From positions 2,976,001 to 3,040,000 of the forward strand of contig OZ223209.1 of NCBI GenBank assembly GCA_965140415.1: 64,000 nt of DNA. The letters run 5' to 3'. Position numbers and translations under genes: made by a program. Source of the stretch: Myxococcota bacterium (GTDB lineage Bacteria > Myxococcota_A > SURF-8). The notes beneath the pieces were generated by a model, which saw only the letters and a list, made by a program, of their open reading frames with translations, had not been told where the DNA came from and made no database searches. Shown piece by piece: positions 54,854-64,000 of the stretch (position 1 is the first letter of the stretch; each line of letters opens with the position of its first letter).

Positions 54854-56914
54854 TCATTCTGCTGGAGTGAAAATCCAGTAATCCCCGCCTTGTGCTTCAT
54901 AATCGGCCAGCGTCGAACGCAACCGGACGACATGCCGGGTAGAGGGTTGCAGGTTCGTCAATGTAACGGTTTTTTCCGTATTGGCCGTCACTTGTCCGAC
55001 CTCGACTGTTTCACCGTAGTCCGGAATCTCCACACCGTAATCGAGTGTAACCGTAGCATCACTGGTTAGCATGAAAGTCACCTTTGCGCTGGTGGCTTGC
55101 ACATCCGAAATAGAAAGCGGCGAAAAGAGCTGGGTGTCCGGCAAATGTCCTGCAACGTTTTGAGGCAAATGAGACCTGGCGTTCTGGCGGAAGGCCTCGA
55201 TTTGACTGGGTGATGCCGGAGATCGCGTGATGCCGTCGGCAGTCATGGCTTGAGCGATACGCTCAAGGTCATCGTAAGCGCCTTGAATCCAAGCAGGAAG
55301 ATCCGTATCCTCCGGCAGGTAAACGGAAGCTTTGGACGCATAAATCAGCAGTTTGACGGCGCGCCAGGTTTCCGCTGCATATTTCTGATGTTTCATCCGG
55401 GTTAAAAGATCCTGGTATTGATCGGAGGAAAGCGCGGCTTGCAGGTTCTCGACTTGTGCTAAATCCGCCGTGGCGATATCGACGGCTTCGGTAGCTTCCT
55501 GCCAGATCCAGTTGACGACTTCCTTGTCCGCTGTATTCACGCGATCCCAGCGTTCTTGCCAATCCTCATCCCATTTCGGCATTTTACCGCGACCATCGAA
55601 CATGTCCGTTCTGAATTCAGTCGGAATATCCGAACCTTTTTCCAACGCCCACATCCCCAGCACATAATGGGATTTCCGACGAATGGGGAAGGTGTCTTTC
55701 AACAGTTGCTTAAGCACCGGCTGCTGTGGTGAATCTTGAGACAAACCATAGAAATAGCTGATGAATTCATCCCAAATCGTTTCGATTGGTTTGTCCGGGG
55801 TTTTCATCCATTCGGAAGTGGCGTAGATATTGACCTCGTTCGGCGTTCCCAATGCGCGCGCAGAACCACGCTCGATTCGGATCGCTGCCCCGATTCCGCG
55901 ATGCTGCCACATGTAGTTCATGCGATACCAGTAATAACCGGGAGACGCGAAGGGCAGGACAGATTGTCCGTAATATTCTCCCGCCGTATCCAATTCGACG
56001 ATCGAAGGATGTGGACCGATGGCACCCATGTTGGCGTGGTGCGGGTTATAAGGTTCCCAATCTTGAACCGCCCCTTTGTGCATACCGGTAAAATTGACGC
56101 CGGTGCTTGCCGCTAGACCGTCACTGTGCCACTCCAATTCTCCGGGTTCGTGAACGAAGGTACGAACGAACAGTTCCTTGCCTAGTTCGTTCACAATGAC
56201 ATTGCCGATATTTTCCATAATGATCGTAACCTTATCGGTGTTGCTTGGCCGGAAAATCGGTTCGTCGGGATAGTTTTCATCGCACCAGTCGCAATTACAG
56301 AAGACCGTCCAGGGAGGAGCGGGGGCGGAGCCGAACATCAGGATGACGCCATCCAGATTCGGCAGTTTTGCAAGACCTTCCCGGTAGGCGTCGGCACGGG
56401 CCTGCCAGATTTCATTACCCGGTTCCCAACAGATCGAAAACCCGGTTTCGGACAATTCATGCGCCCAGATAAAGGCCTTCATTCCATTTTGGTGGGCCAA
56501 GTCGATACCCAGATTTAAAGTCTCTACCCGTTGGTCGATTTCATCATCACTCTGGCCATTATAGCCATACAGGATTTCGTCGATGTTCATAATCAGATTG
56601 TGGGACAGTTGAATGTGATTCACTCCGAATTCCGCTGCGGTTTCAATTCCTTCGCGCACCTTTTCAGGATTGGAATCCAATAAAATCCAGCCGTGTACCG
56701 GTTCGTAGTTGTTGCGATTGAAACTCCATTCCGCTTCCGACTCTGCATCGAGATCCGAATCGGCATCATCATCCCCATCGGTTTCGGATTGCTCAATGGA
56801 ATCAACCGTATCTGCGTCGCCATCAATGGTTTCCGAAGAATCCGAGGAACAGGAAATCGATGAAACGGAAAAGATCGCTAGAATCAGAATGGTTAGAAAG
56901 TACATACGGCGCAT
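54854..56914 (-). CDS. Lipoprotein, putative TIM-barrel glycoside hydrolase with C-terminal FN3-like domain
   Basis: Lipobox SISC and DGD linker; ELD..GEY.GQ..LP and GTPNE.N.YA motifs; V.LT.L.PST terminal FN3. The family is not recognised with certainty. Confidence 0.55.
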   Translation of the reverse strand: MRRMYFLTILILAIFSVSSISCSSDSSETIDGDADTVDSIEQSETDGDDDADSDLDAESEAEWSFNRNNYEPVHGWILLDSNPEKVREGIETAAEFGVNHIQLSHNLIMNIDEILYGYNGQSDDEIDQRVETLNLGIDLAHQNGMKAFIWAHELSETGFSICWEPGNEIWQARADAYREGLAKLPNLDGVILMFGSAPAPPWTVFCNCDWCDENYPDEPIFRPSNTDKVTIIMENIGNVIVNELGKELFVRTFVHEPGELEWHSDGLAASTGVNFTGMHKGAVQDWEPYNPHHANMGAIGPHPSIVELDTAGEYYGQSVLPFASPGYYWYRMNYMWQHRGIGAAIRIERGSARALGTPNEVNIYATSEWMKTPDKPIETIWDEFISYFYGLSQDSPQQPVLKQLLKDTFPIRRKSHYVLGMWALEKGSDIPTEFRTDMFDGRGKMPKWDEDWQERWDRVNTADKEVVNWIWQEATEAVDIATADLAQVENLQAALSSDQYQDLLTRMKHQKYAAETWRAVKLLIYASKASVYLPEDTDLPAWIQGAYDDLERIAQAMTADGITRSPASPSQIEAFRQNARSHLPQNVAGHLPDTQLFSPLSISDVQATSAKVTFMLTSDATVTLDYGVEIPDYGETVEVGQVTANTEKTVTLTNLQPSTRHVVRLRSTLADYEAQGGDYWIFTPAE

Positions 56915-57115
56915 GGAAAGATTCTCCCAATGGATCGGGTAAAGAAATTACGGCGTGCAGGCTGTTTACGCAGATCGCGCTCACAATCTTTTGAGTACCG
57001 GGATTTGAGAGAACTGTCAACGGATGAAGCGTTTTTTTCGGTTATGATTGTGAATCTGATTGGGCAAGCCGAATTTCTGAAAATATGATAGACTCTGTTT
57101 CCACGGAGGATATAC

Positions 57116-58900
57116 ATGAACCATCGAACGCGCCCCAATCGCCTGTTGTTGACAGGCTTTATCACGATCATAGCTTTCTGGCTGGCAGCAGCCTGTGGAT
57201 GCACGAATAAAAGCCAGCAACCAATCGAATACTACTGTGCAGAGGGATTTTATCTTCAACAGGGCGTTTGTGTGCCGGAAGAGGGCGATGCACCAGATCA
57301 AGATGAGCCTTCGGTTCAGGATGGAGATCGGGACATTGAACCGCATGAAACCTCAGATGGCGACATAGAGTTTTATGAAGCAATCGAGTCGGACATGGAT
57401 TCCGATGACAATGAGAACCTTATTCCCGTTGATGCCGACATCGATAATGAGATGGACGATGAATCGGAACAAGGAAATGAGGCGGTAGAGCTTGACGCCT
57501 CGCTTTTTCCGAAGTTGAGCATTAAAGTTCCTTCGGTTCTAGCGCTTGGAAATCAATCCCAGGCCAAAGCCTATTTGGATTTCGGTGCGGATGCACTGCC
57601 AATGGATGTAACAAGTCAAGTGCAATGGACCAGTTATCATCCCAATCTTGCGTCGATTTCGGAGCAGGGGCGCATTTCGGCTTTGGCATTGGGAGACGCC
57701 ATGATTCGCGCCAGGCATGAAGAGCGGGTGTCGGAACCGGAAATCGTCCGTATTCGTCCAAGAGAGCAGGTCGAGGCGCGTGGCTTGTGGGTCAATCGCT
57801 GGAGTTATCATTCCGCACAGGATGTGCGCAATATTATCGAGAAAGCGCACAACAGCCATTTCAACCAGATCTATTTCCAGGTGCGGGGGGTATTCGATGC
57901 GTATTACCACAGTTCTCTGGAACCTTGGGCCAGTTCGTTAAGTGGAAGATTGGGGCAGGAGCCCGGCTGGGATCCGTTGCAAACGGCCATTGACGTCGCT
58001 CATGAGTACGGAATGGAATTGCATGCCTGGATCAATGTGTTGACACTCTGGAGCGGGTCGAGTGCGCCAACGACTTCCACTCCCATTCACAAATACCGTG
58101 AACATCCCGAATGGGTAATGCAGGATCAAAACCACATTCCCATGCCTCTGGGAGGAGAATATATCTGGGCAAGCCCTGGAAATTCACTTGTGCGCGAGCA
58201 CAATGCGCTGGTAGCAAGGGAGATTGTCAGCCTGTACGATGTGGATGGAATCCATCTGGATCGAATCCGCTACCCGGGACCGAACTTCAGCTACGATCCC
58301 GCCAGCCGGGCTGCTTATCAAAACGCATTGCAAAACCAACCGAACCTGGATTATGCAGATTGGGAACGGTCTCAGGTCGTGCTGCAAGTTTCCCGAATTT
58401 ACGAAGAGATTCAATTTGTTAAGCCGCAAGTTGTCCTTTCTGCTGCCGTTGCGGGCATTTACAAGGACAAATGGAACTGGGGTGGGGTGACGGAAGGGTA
58501 TCACCACTGGCTTCAAGATCCGCGCGCAATGGTGGAGCAGGGGGTATTGGATGTCGTGATACCGATGATCTACTGGCCTATTACGACAACATACGGCGAG
58601 TGGACCGATTTTAAAGCTCTTACAGACGATCATGCGCAATCGATTACAACTCGCATGGTACTGATCGGTTCGGACCTTTCGGTTAGTGGAGACGCCGAAA
58701 AGAGAGGGAAGGGCGGCTTAAAAAGCTTTGAAAGCTTCGAACAGATCCGACAGCAGATCGACTATACCCGCCAGCAGCCAACGAATGGCTGGGCACTCTA
58801 TGATTATTCGACTTTGGAAAGCGTCGACTACTGGGACGATCTGCTAAGCGGTCCCTTCGGACAACCGGCAGAGGTGCCGGTATGTGATTGGAAATTCTAG
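57116..58900 (+). CDS. Lipoprotein with Ig-like (Big_2) domain and glycoside hydrolase-like 10 (YddW/DigH-like) domain
   Basis: Lipobox ACGC; V.W.S......I...G.I.A...G (Big_2); E.RG.WV, FN..YFQVR...DA.Y.S..EPW, WDPL......AH..G.ELHAW.N, YDVDGIHLD.IRYP. Confidence 0.85.
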   Translation: MNHRTRPNRLLLTGFITIIAFWLAAACGCTNKSQQPIEYYCAEGFYLQQGVCVPEEGDAPDQDEPSVQDGDRDIEPHETSDGDIEFYEAIESDMDSDDNENLIPVDADIDNEMDDESEQGNEAVELDASLFPKLSIKVPSVLALGNQSQAKAYLDFGADALPMDVTSQVQWTSYHPNLASISEQGRISALALGDAMIRARHEERVSEPEIVRIRPREQVEARGLWVNRWSYHSAQDVRNIIEKAHNSHFNQIYFQVRGVFDAYYHSSLEPWASSLSGRLGQEPGWDPLQTAIDVAHEYGMELHAWINVLTLWSGSSAPTTSTPIHKYREHPEWVMQDQNHIPMPLGGEYIWASPGNSLVREHNALVAREIVSLYDVDGIHLDRIRYPGPNFSYDPASRAAYQNALQNQPNLDYADWERSQVVLQVSRIYEEIQFVKPQVVLSAAVAGIYKDKWNWGGVTEGYHHWLQDPRAMVEQGVLDVVIPMIYWPITTTYGEWTDFKALTDDHAQSITTRMVLIGSDLSVSGDAEKRGKGGLKSFESFEQIRQQIDYTRQQPTNGWALYDYSTLESVDYWDDLLSGPFGQPAEVPVCDWKF

Positions 58901-59149
58901 TCAGCCTCCGGCGCTTGGAAGAATCGACCAGACTTCATCTGTGTCCTTAAGCGGGGTATTGGCACCCTGAAGATAGGCGATGGCGCGTCCATTAACCAGA
59001 ATTGTGGCGCTTTTCAATTCCTCTTCAAAACGGCTGCCGTATTCCTTGCGACCGAATTCCAGTAGTTCCTTGATCGATGAAACCGGCCATTCGATTTCGT
59101 GAGTGTCCATGTGGTTGGCCAGACGAAAATGTGGATGAAAGGTGGCCAT
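58901..59149 (-). CDS. MoaD/ThiS-family sulfur carrier
   Basis: ILVNGR.I..L.G..T.L.D.D.V...P..GG C-terminus. Confidence 0.88.
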   Translation of the reverse strand: MATFHPHFRLANHMDTHEIEWPVSSIKELLEFGRKEYGSRFEEELKSATILVNGRAIAYLQGANTPLKDTDEVWSILPSAGG

Positions 59150-59152
59150 GTT

Positions 59153-61042
59153 CTATCTCCTTATCTGCAACCGGTCCAAGGTTTTGTCTGTCGCAATTCC
59201 ATTCGTATCCCAACCGCGAATCTTGTAATACGCCGGTAACATGTCGTTCAGCGGAACGCCGCTTTTTTGTCCCGGGAAAGAAGGTTCGTCTAATAAACGC
59301 CTGGGTAACGTATCGTCTTTTAAGGAAAATCCCTCTCTCGTATTGAACAAACGCTCCATATTGAAATTACGTTCACCGGTTTCCGTAAATCGGCCCAGAG
59401 AGTATTTTTCGCCGGTGACGTAGCCCAGATAGCGTTCGTACCATAGAACCGGTGCAAACAGTTTGGTTTTCAATACCAGTCTCAAAATGGGTGACGAGTT
59501 CTTCATCGTCCAGGCCACGCTCTTGTATAATGGACCTTGCGGGTTCATGGCACCGGCAATAGAGGGCAGCACCGCATAAGCGCTGAAGGTGCAGATAATC
59601 ATGGAGTTTATTGCGGCGAACAGGTTCTGCTGGAAAGTAACCAGTTCAGGTTTGGCTTTAATGGAGAGCGGATCGACCGAAATCGGCCCTGTTGCCTCGA
59701 AAAACATAACCGCGCCATTGATATGACAGCCGCCCCGGTTGGTTGTGGCATATTCAAGACCTTGTCCGTAGCAGCCACGCGGATCGTAGGCTGCCAGTTC
59801 CATCCCTTTGACCTGTATGGCGAAATCCTCTCCACCATATTTCTGGGATAGCCGGTAGCTGCCTTCCGCCAGTTCGTCGCCGATGCCGCGACGATAGGCG
59901 ATATCTTCTACCGCTTTATCTACCGCATCGATATCACCAAAGCTAAGACCGTTCTTCCAGATTCCCTTTTCATTCGCTTCCATCGCCCAGGCCAGGGTGC
60001 CACCGATGGAAATCGCATCCATCCCAAGCTCGTCTACAACTTCGTTATATCGAAGAACGGTAGGAAGATCGAACACGCCGATATTACTTCCCATCAGGCC
60101 GAGCGTTTCATATTCCGGTCCTTTAATCGGTGCGCCTTCTTCGCCCATGCCGCCCTTCGGGCGTCGAATGCGACGCCCACAGTGGATCGGACAGGCTGTG
60201 CAGCCGTCGTTTTTAATCAGCGAATCTTTTCGTAGCTGCTCGCCGCTGATCTGCCAAGCAAGTCTATGGCTGCCTTGCTTGAAATTATATACCGGCAGGA
60301 TATTGCGTCCGCTGGTGGTCATCACCAGGTTGGCGGTACCGAAAGCCGGGAGCAATTCTCCAGTAATGGCATGACCTTTGAAATATTGTGTCACCCAGCG
60401 GTTGTAATCTTTGAATTTTTCCTTATGGGCGATTTCGACTTTCTGCTTGCCGCTGCATATCACGGCTTTCAGTTTTTTCGATCCCATTACCGCACCAACG
60501 CCGGTGCGACCCGCAACGCGATCACCAGAGACGATGCAGGCATATCGCACTAGATTTTCTCCGGCGGGACCGATGACGGCTGCTTTGTAACTCTTAGGGA
60601 ATTCCTGCTGTGTTTCGGTGGTGGTTTTTCCCCAAAGTTGCCCTGCATCCTTTATTTCCACCCGCTCATCCGTCACATCCAAATAAACGGGCTTATCGGC
60701 TTTCCCCTGAATGACAATAAAATCGAAGCCGGCGCGTTTCATGGCGAATGCGAAATCACCGCCTGCCGTAGAATTTCCGATTGCACCGGTTAATGGAGAT
60801 TTACAGGTTACGCTGAAGCGCGTGGATTGAACGCCGAAAGTTCCGGCAAAGGGGCCGGTGCCGAAAATCAGAGGATTGTCAGGTCCCAAAGGGTCGATTC
60901 CGGGTTCCGTTAAATCATACAACAAGCGTGCGCCGTAGCCTTTGCCACCGATGTAAAGCTTGACTTCATCGCTTAATGGCTTTGGTTCGACAGTCCTTGT
61001 CGTTAAGTCAACATACAGGACTTTTCCCATGTATCCGCCCAT
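59153..61042 (-). CDS. aor: Tungsten-dependent aldehyde:ferredoxin oxidoreductase family protein
   Basis: GY.GK.L.VDL, DPLGP.N.LIF.TGP, KSPLTG, IGPAGENLV, GR.G.GAVMGSK.LKA, C..CPI.CG, GPEYE, G.D.IS, YDPR, RGGCH, YY..RGW. Confidence 0.92.
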   Translation of the reverse strand: MGGYMGKVLYVDLTTRTVEPKPLSDEVKLYIGGKGYGARLLYDLTEPGIDPLGPDNPLIFGTGPFAGTFGVQSTRFSVTCKSPLTGAIGNSTAGGDFAFAMKRAGFDFIVIQGKADKPVYLDVTDERVEIKDAGQLWGKTTTETQQEFPKSYKAAVIGPAGENLVRYACIVSGDRVAGRTGVGAVMGSKKLKAVICSGKQKVEIAHKEKFKDYNRWVTQYFKGHAITGELLPAFGTANLVMTTSGRNILPVYNFKQGSHRLAWQISGEQLRKDSLIKNDGCTACPIHCGRRIRRPKGGMGEEGAPIKGPEYETLGLMGSNIGVFDLPTVLRYNEVVDELGMDAISIGGTLAWAMEANEKGIWKNGLSFGDIDAVDKAVEDIAYRRGIGDELAEGSYRLSQKYGGEDFAIQVKGMELAAYDPRGCYGQGLEYATTNRGGCHINGAVMFFEATGPISVDPLSIKAKPELVTFQQNLFAAINSMIICTFSAYAVLPSIAGAMNPQGPLYKSVAWTMKNSSPILRLVLKTKLFAPVLWYERYLGYVTGEKYSLGRFTETGERNFNMERLFNTREGFSLKDDTLPRRLLDEPSFPGQKSGVPLNDMLPAYYKIRGWDTNGIATDKTLDRLQIRR

Positions 61043-61166
61043 GGTTTTCCTCCGATTCTAAAGTATGAACAACCCGACAAAACGAAGTGTACCGGTTTAG
61101 CTTGTAGCTGTCAAAAGATTGATTATAAAGGAATGAAATTCTTGGTCGAATAAGGCTAGAATTCCA

Positions 61167-61195
61167 TTGACAAGCCGGAATCCGCAGCTTACCCT
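61167..61195 (+). promoter_or_regulatory. Putative sigma70 promoter of serC
   Basis: TTGACA-17 nt-TACCCT. Confidence 0.5.
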
Positions 61196-61281
61196 CAGCC
61201 CGAAACAGGCCTTAAGGTCATTTGTTTTGGATGATGAACCACGAAACGGCATTTATTGTTACACACATTACGGAGGAAATC

Positions 61282-62367
61282 ATGCCGGAACGTATTTTCA
61301 ATTTTGCAGCCGGTCCCTGTACGCTTCCCTTGGATGTTCTGAAGAAGCAGCAGGAACAGTGGGTAAATTTCGACAACACGGGGATGTCGCTGATCGAGAT
61401 GAGCCATCGTGGCGCAATCTACGATGCCATCCATCAAGAGGCTGAGCGACTGGTGCACGATGTATACGATGTGCCGGACACGCATGTCATCATGTTGTTA
61501 GGTGGTGGCGCTACTCTGCAATTCGCCATGATTCCGATGAATTTCCTGCCGCAGGGCGGCTTTGCCGAATACGTTACAACCGGAACCTGGTCAACCAAGG
61601 CATTGAACGACGCCAAACTGATTGGCGACGCTCGCGAAATCGCAACCGGCAAGGATAACAACTTCACCGCGATCCCGAAAGATTTCAAGGTCAGTGCGGA
61701 TGCAACGTTCTTTCACCTGACGACCAACAACACCATTCGTGGTACCGAATGGCATACGATGCCGGAAACCGGCACTGTGCCGATCTTTGCCGACATGAGC
61801 TCGGATTTCATGAGCCGCAAAGTGGACTGGTCGAAAATCGGTATCGCTTACGGTGGCGTGCAGAAGAATCTGGGACCGGCGGGATTGTCGCTTGTGATCA
61901 TGCGCAAAGATATTCTGGAAAAAGCCAACCAGAATCTGCCTGCCTATCTGCGTTACGATCTGCATGCCAGCAAAGACAGCATGTACAACACGCCGCCGAT
62001 GTTCCAGATTTACACCGTAAAACTGGTACTGGAATGGGTACGCGACAATGGCGGTCTGGCGCAGATGGACAAATGGGCGGATGAACGCTCGGGCTTGATT
62101 TACAATGTGATGGACAAATACCCGGAATACTATCGCTGCCCGGCGGTTAAAGAGGATCGTTCCCGCATGAACGTATGTTTCCGTTTGCCGACGGAGGAAC
62201 TGGAAGCACAGTTCGTGAAGGAAGCTCTGGCAAAGGGTATGAACGGTTTGAAGGGACATCGTTCCGTCGGTGGATGCCGCGCCTCCTTGTACAATGCCAT
62301 GCCGATCGCCGGTGCCCAGGCACTTGCAGATTTCATGGTGGAGTTCATGAACGCAAACGCAAAATAA
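61282..62367 (+). CDS. serC: Phosphoserine aminotransferase
   Basis: NF.AGP..LP, EMSHR, GGAT.QFAMIP.N, TG.WS.KA, NNTI.GT, DMSS, QKNLGPAG, NTPP, GHRSVGG.RAS.YNA; GGAGG RBS before ATG 61282. Confidence 0.95.
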   Translation: MPERIFNFAAGPCTLPLDVLKKQQEQWVNFDNTGMSLIEMSHRGAIYDAIHQEAERLVHDVYDVPDTHVIMLLGGGATLQFAMIPMNFLPQGGFAEYVTTGTWSTKALNDAKLIGDAREIATGKDNNFTAIPKDFKVSADATFFHLTTNNTIRGTEWHTMPETGTVPIFADMSSDFMSRKVDWSKIGIAYGGVQKNLGPAGLSLVIMRKDILEKANQNLPAYLRYDLHASKDSMYNTPPMFQIYTVKLVLEWVRDNGGLAQMDKWADERSGLIYNVMDKYPEYYRCPAVKEDRSRMNVCFRLPTEELEAQFVKEALAKGMNGLKGHRSVGGCRASLYNAMPIAGAQALADFMVEFMNANAK

Positions 62368-62394
62368 TCTCTAGTTACAGCAAATCTTCTCGAC

Positions 62395-62424
62395 AAAACG
62401 GGGCCGTCATGGCCCCGTTTTTTT
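62395..62424 (+). terminator. Rho-independent terminator after serC
   Basis: aaaacggggcc gtcat ggccccgtttt followed by a U-tract. Confidence 0.85.
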
Positions 62425-62484
62425 GTCTGCAACTTCACGTAACGAATCGAGCTTTTAAGCAGATTCGCTGGGTGCATCACTCGC

Positions 62485-64000
62485 TTACTTTGCAAGTTCT
62501 TCTTTCTCGAAAGAGTATTGGAAATGCATGGGCAATCTTTCCGGTAGCGGATCTTCGGAATCGATGCCATAGATGGATTTAATAAGAGGTTCCGCCCCGT
62601 TATAATCAATTCCTCCGACACTGACCACAATATTGACGAGACCCGGACCGGAAATCTCGCCTTCCAGTTCTCCAGACACAAGATTTGTGATTGCATCGCC
62701 GGAAGTTTGCAATTCAAGTCTGAAACTTGCGTCGTAAACATCTAGCGTTCCCAGTTGCGCGCCGGTGCTGTCTCGAACGATAAGCGGTACGAGTAAAGCT
62801 GTCCCTTCCCAATTGGAATTGGTAATGCTTCCATTGATGACTTGCTCGCTTTCCAGATCGGGAAGCAGGTTTTCGTTGTAATCAAGTGCAAAATGCTGCT
62901 TCATGGTGTTACTTGCTGCGTTGTACCCCGAAATGCCAAATAGCAGTTGGGGGATAAACCCTTTGATAACGGACCCTGCCACAGGATCGTTTGGAACCAG
63001 CAGATCCATCAGGCTGTTGTTGGTCGAGAAGAGTTGATCTGGAACGGTATCCCAACTCTCCTGGAATGTATCGAATTCCAAGCCGATCAGATCTTCAAGT
63101 TGTTTGTCGCGGCGTGTCCAGAAATGTCCCGTGTAACATTGCTCCAAGTAGCCGTAAGGGTAGGATGTCGGGCTCTTTGTCTTTTCACGGGCTAAAATCT
63201 CTACCGGGTATCGATAAAGCGCCTCGTTTGCGCGGATGATGTCAATGGCGTCTTGACTGATTTGCTGAGCATTGGCAAGGTGTTCACCGGCTGCTGCAAA
63301 TGAGGATTCACGAATACTGCTGTTCGGTTCTTCTACTGGGTCTTGTGATGCTGCACGATGTTTTTCGAGATACCACACGCGCGCCTCTGTGACACCGGAA
63401 TACAATTCGATTACATGTTGCAAGCGCATCACGAATAGCTTGTAACTTCGGTACAACTCGTTATAAAGCGATTTCTGCTGATCCGTACCGCTTTCCATTG
63501 TCTCGGGAAGATCTTCAAACAGCGCCCGGTATTCGGCTTCCATCTGCACAAGCTTGTCGTAGTCTGTTGTTTTCCATGTGTTGAAATCATCCTTGGAATA
63601 TTCAAGCACGTTTCTAAATCCGATTTTCGGTCGTCGCGCAAGAATACCTGCGACTTCCCCGATTTCATCCTGTTTCAATTCCCCGGCCACATAGAAGTAC
63701 AACAGCGGGTTATCTACAAGGAAATGCTGAACTTGTAGATTCGTCCAGGATTTAACGGTAGTCGCAACGGTTGAAGCGTTTTCCGCGTACACGTCTTTTA
63801 TGTAATCCAGGTAATCCTGCCAGGTGAACGTACTGTCCCAGGTGGAACGGGTCAGGAAATAATCGTATTGCCAATACGTCCATTCACGGCCAGAAGTGAA
63901 TGTGACGTGTCCGGTGACGTCAAGATCCGGCAGCACTTGCGATATGTCGTAAGATCTTGTGTAATTCGTGATAGGCAGCACAATTGGCGTGTTGTTATCG
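62485..64000 (-). CDS. Large hypothetical protein, 5' partial (possibly glycoside-hydrolase-like)
   Basis: The frame is open to the window end (DNNTPIVLP...). The GH.TFTSG.EW.YW..DY motif is only loosely recalled from GH115-annotated proteins. Confidence 0.5.
   Translation of the reverse strand, partial: DNNTPIVLPITNYTRSYDISQVLPDLDVTGHVTFTSGREWTYWQYDYFLTRSTWDSTFTWQDYLDYIKDVYAENASTVATTVKSWTNLQVQHFLVDNPLLYFYVAGELKQDEIGEVAGILARRPKIGFRNVLEYSKDDFNTWKTTDYDKLVQMEAEYRALFEDLPETMESGTDQQKSLYNELYRSYKLFVMRLQHVIELYSGVTEARVWYLEKHRAASQDPVEEPNSSIRESSFAAAGEHLANAQQISQDAIDIIRANEALYRYPVEILAREKTKSPTSYPYGYLEQCYTGHFWTRRDKQLEDLIGLEFDTFQESWDTVPDQLFSTNNSLMDLLVPNDPVAGSVIKGFIPQLLFGISGYNAASNTMKQHFALDYNENLLPDLESEQVINGSITNSNWEGTALLVPLIVRDSTGAQLGTLDVYDASFRLELQTSGDAITNLVSGELEGEISGPGLVNIVVSVGGIDYNGAEPLIKSIYGIDSEDPLPERLPMHFQYSFEKEELAK

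Noticed and set aside
1-64000. Prophage, defence island, rRNA/tRNA or intact transposon
   Set aside because: No integrase, transposase, phage structural, restriction-modification or toxin-antitoxin genes and no structural RNA genes were recognised by eye.

Overview
This is a gene-dense bacterial chromosomal window of roughly 50% GC (estimated by eye). Bacterial identity is shown by rpsF-rpsR-rplI-dnaB, SecA, an RND pump and lipoboxes. The organism is probably a diderm of Myxococcota/deltaproteobacterial affinity, inferred from MYXO-CTERM-like tails, Cys-rich lipoproteins and a tungsten AOR. Housekeeping genes (putB, rnr, thiD, ispA, serC, ygiQ, ribosomal genes, dnaB) are interleaved with many large secreted or surface proteins. 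Main points: (1) an intact, translationally coupled archaeal-type gatE-gatD Glu-tRNA(Gln) amidotransferase operon in a bacterium; (2) seven exported proteins share acidic DGD linkers, and three exported proteins share a GS..GCxQ-TM-basic C-terminal sorting tail; (3) a 1026-aa lipoprotein carries EGF-like and LDL-receptor class A repeats plus six copies of an unrecognised 14-Cys module of about 100 aa; (4) a divergent SecA lacking the SEC-C zinc finger lies directly downstream of a GH84 plus degenerate-GH2 surface enzyme; (5) the RNase R lacks both cold-shock domains; (6) one mscS is frameshifted; (7) an orphan IS-associated DUF6788 gene abuts a His-rich ABC transporter. I saw no rRNA, tRNA, CRISPR array or intact transposase. 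All family assignments come from motif recognition, not database searches.
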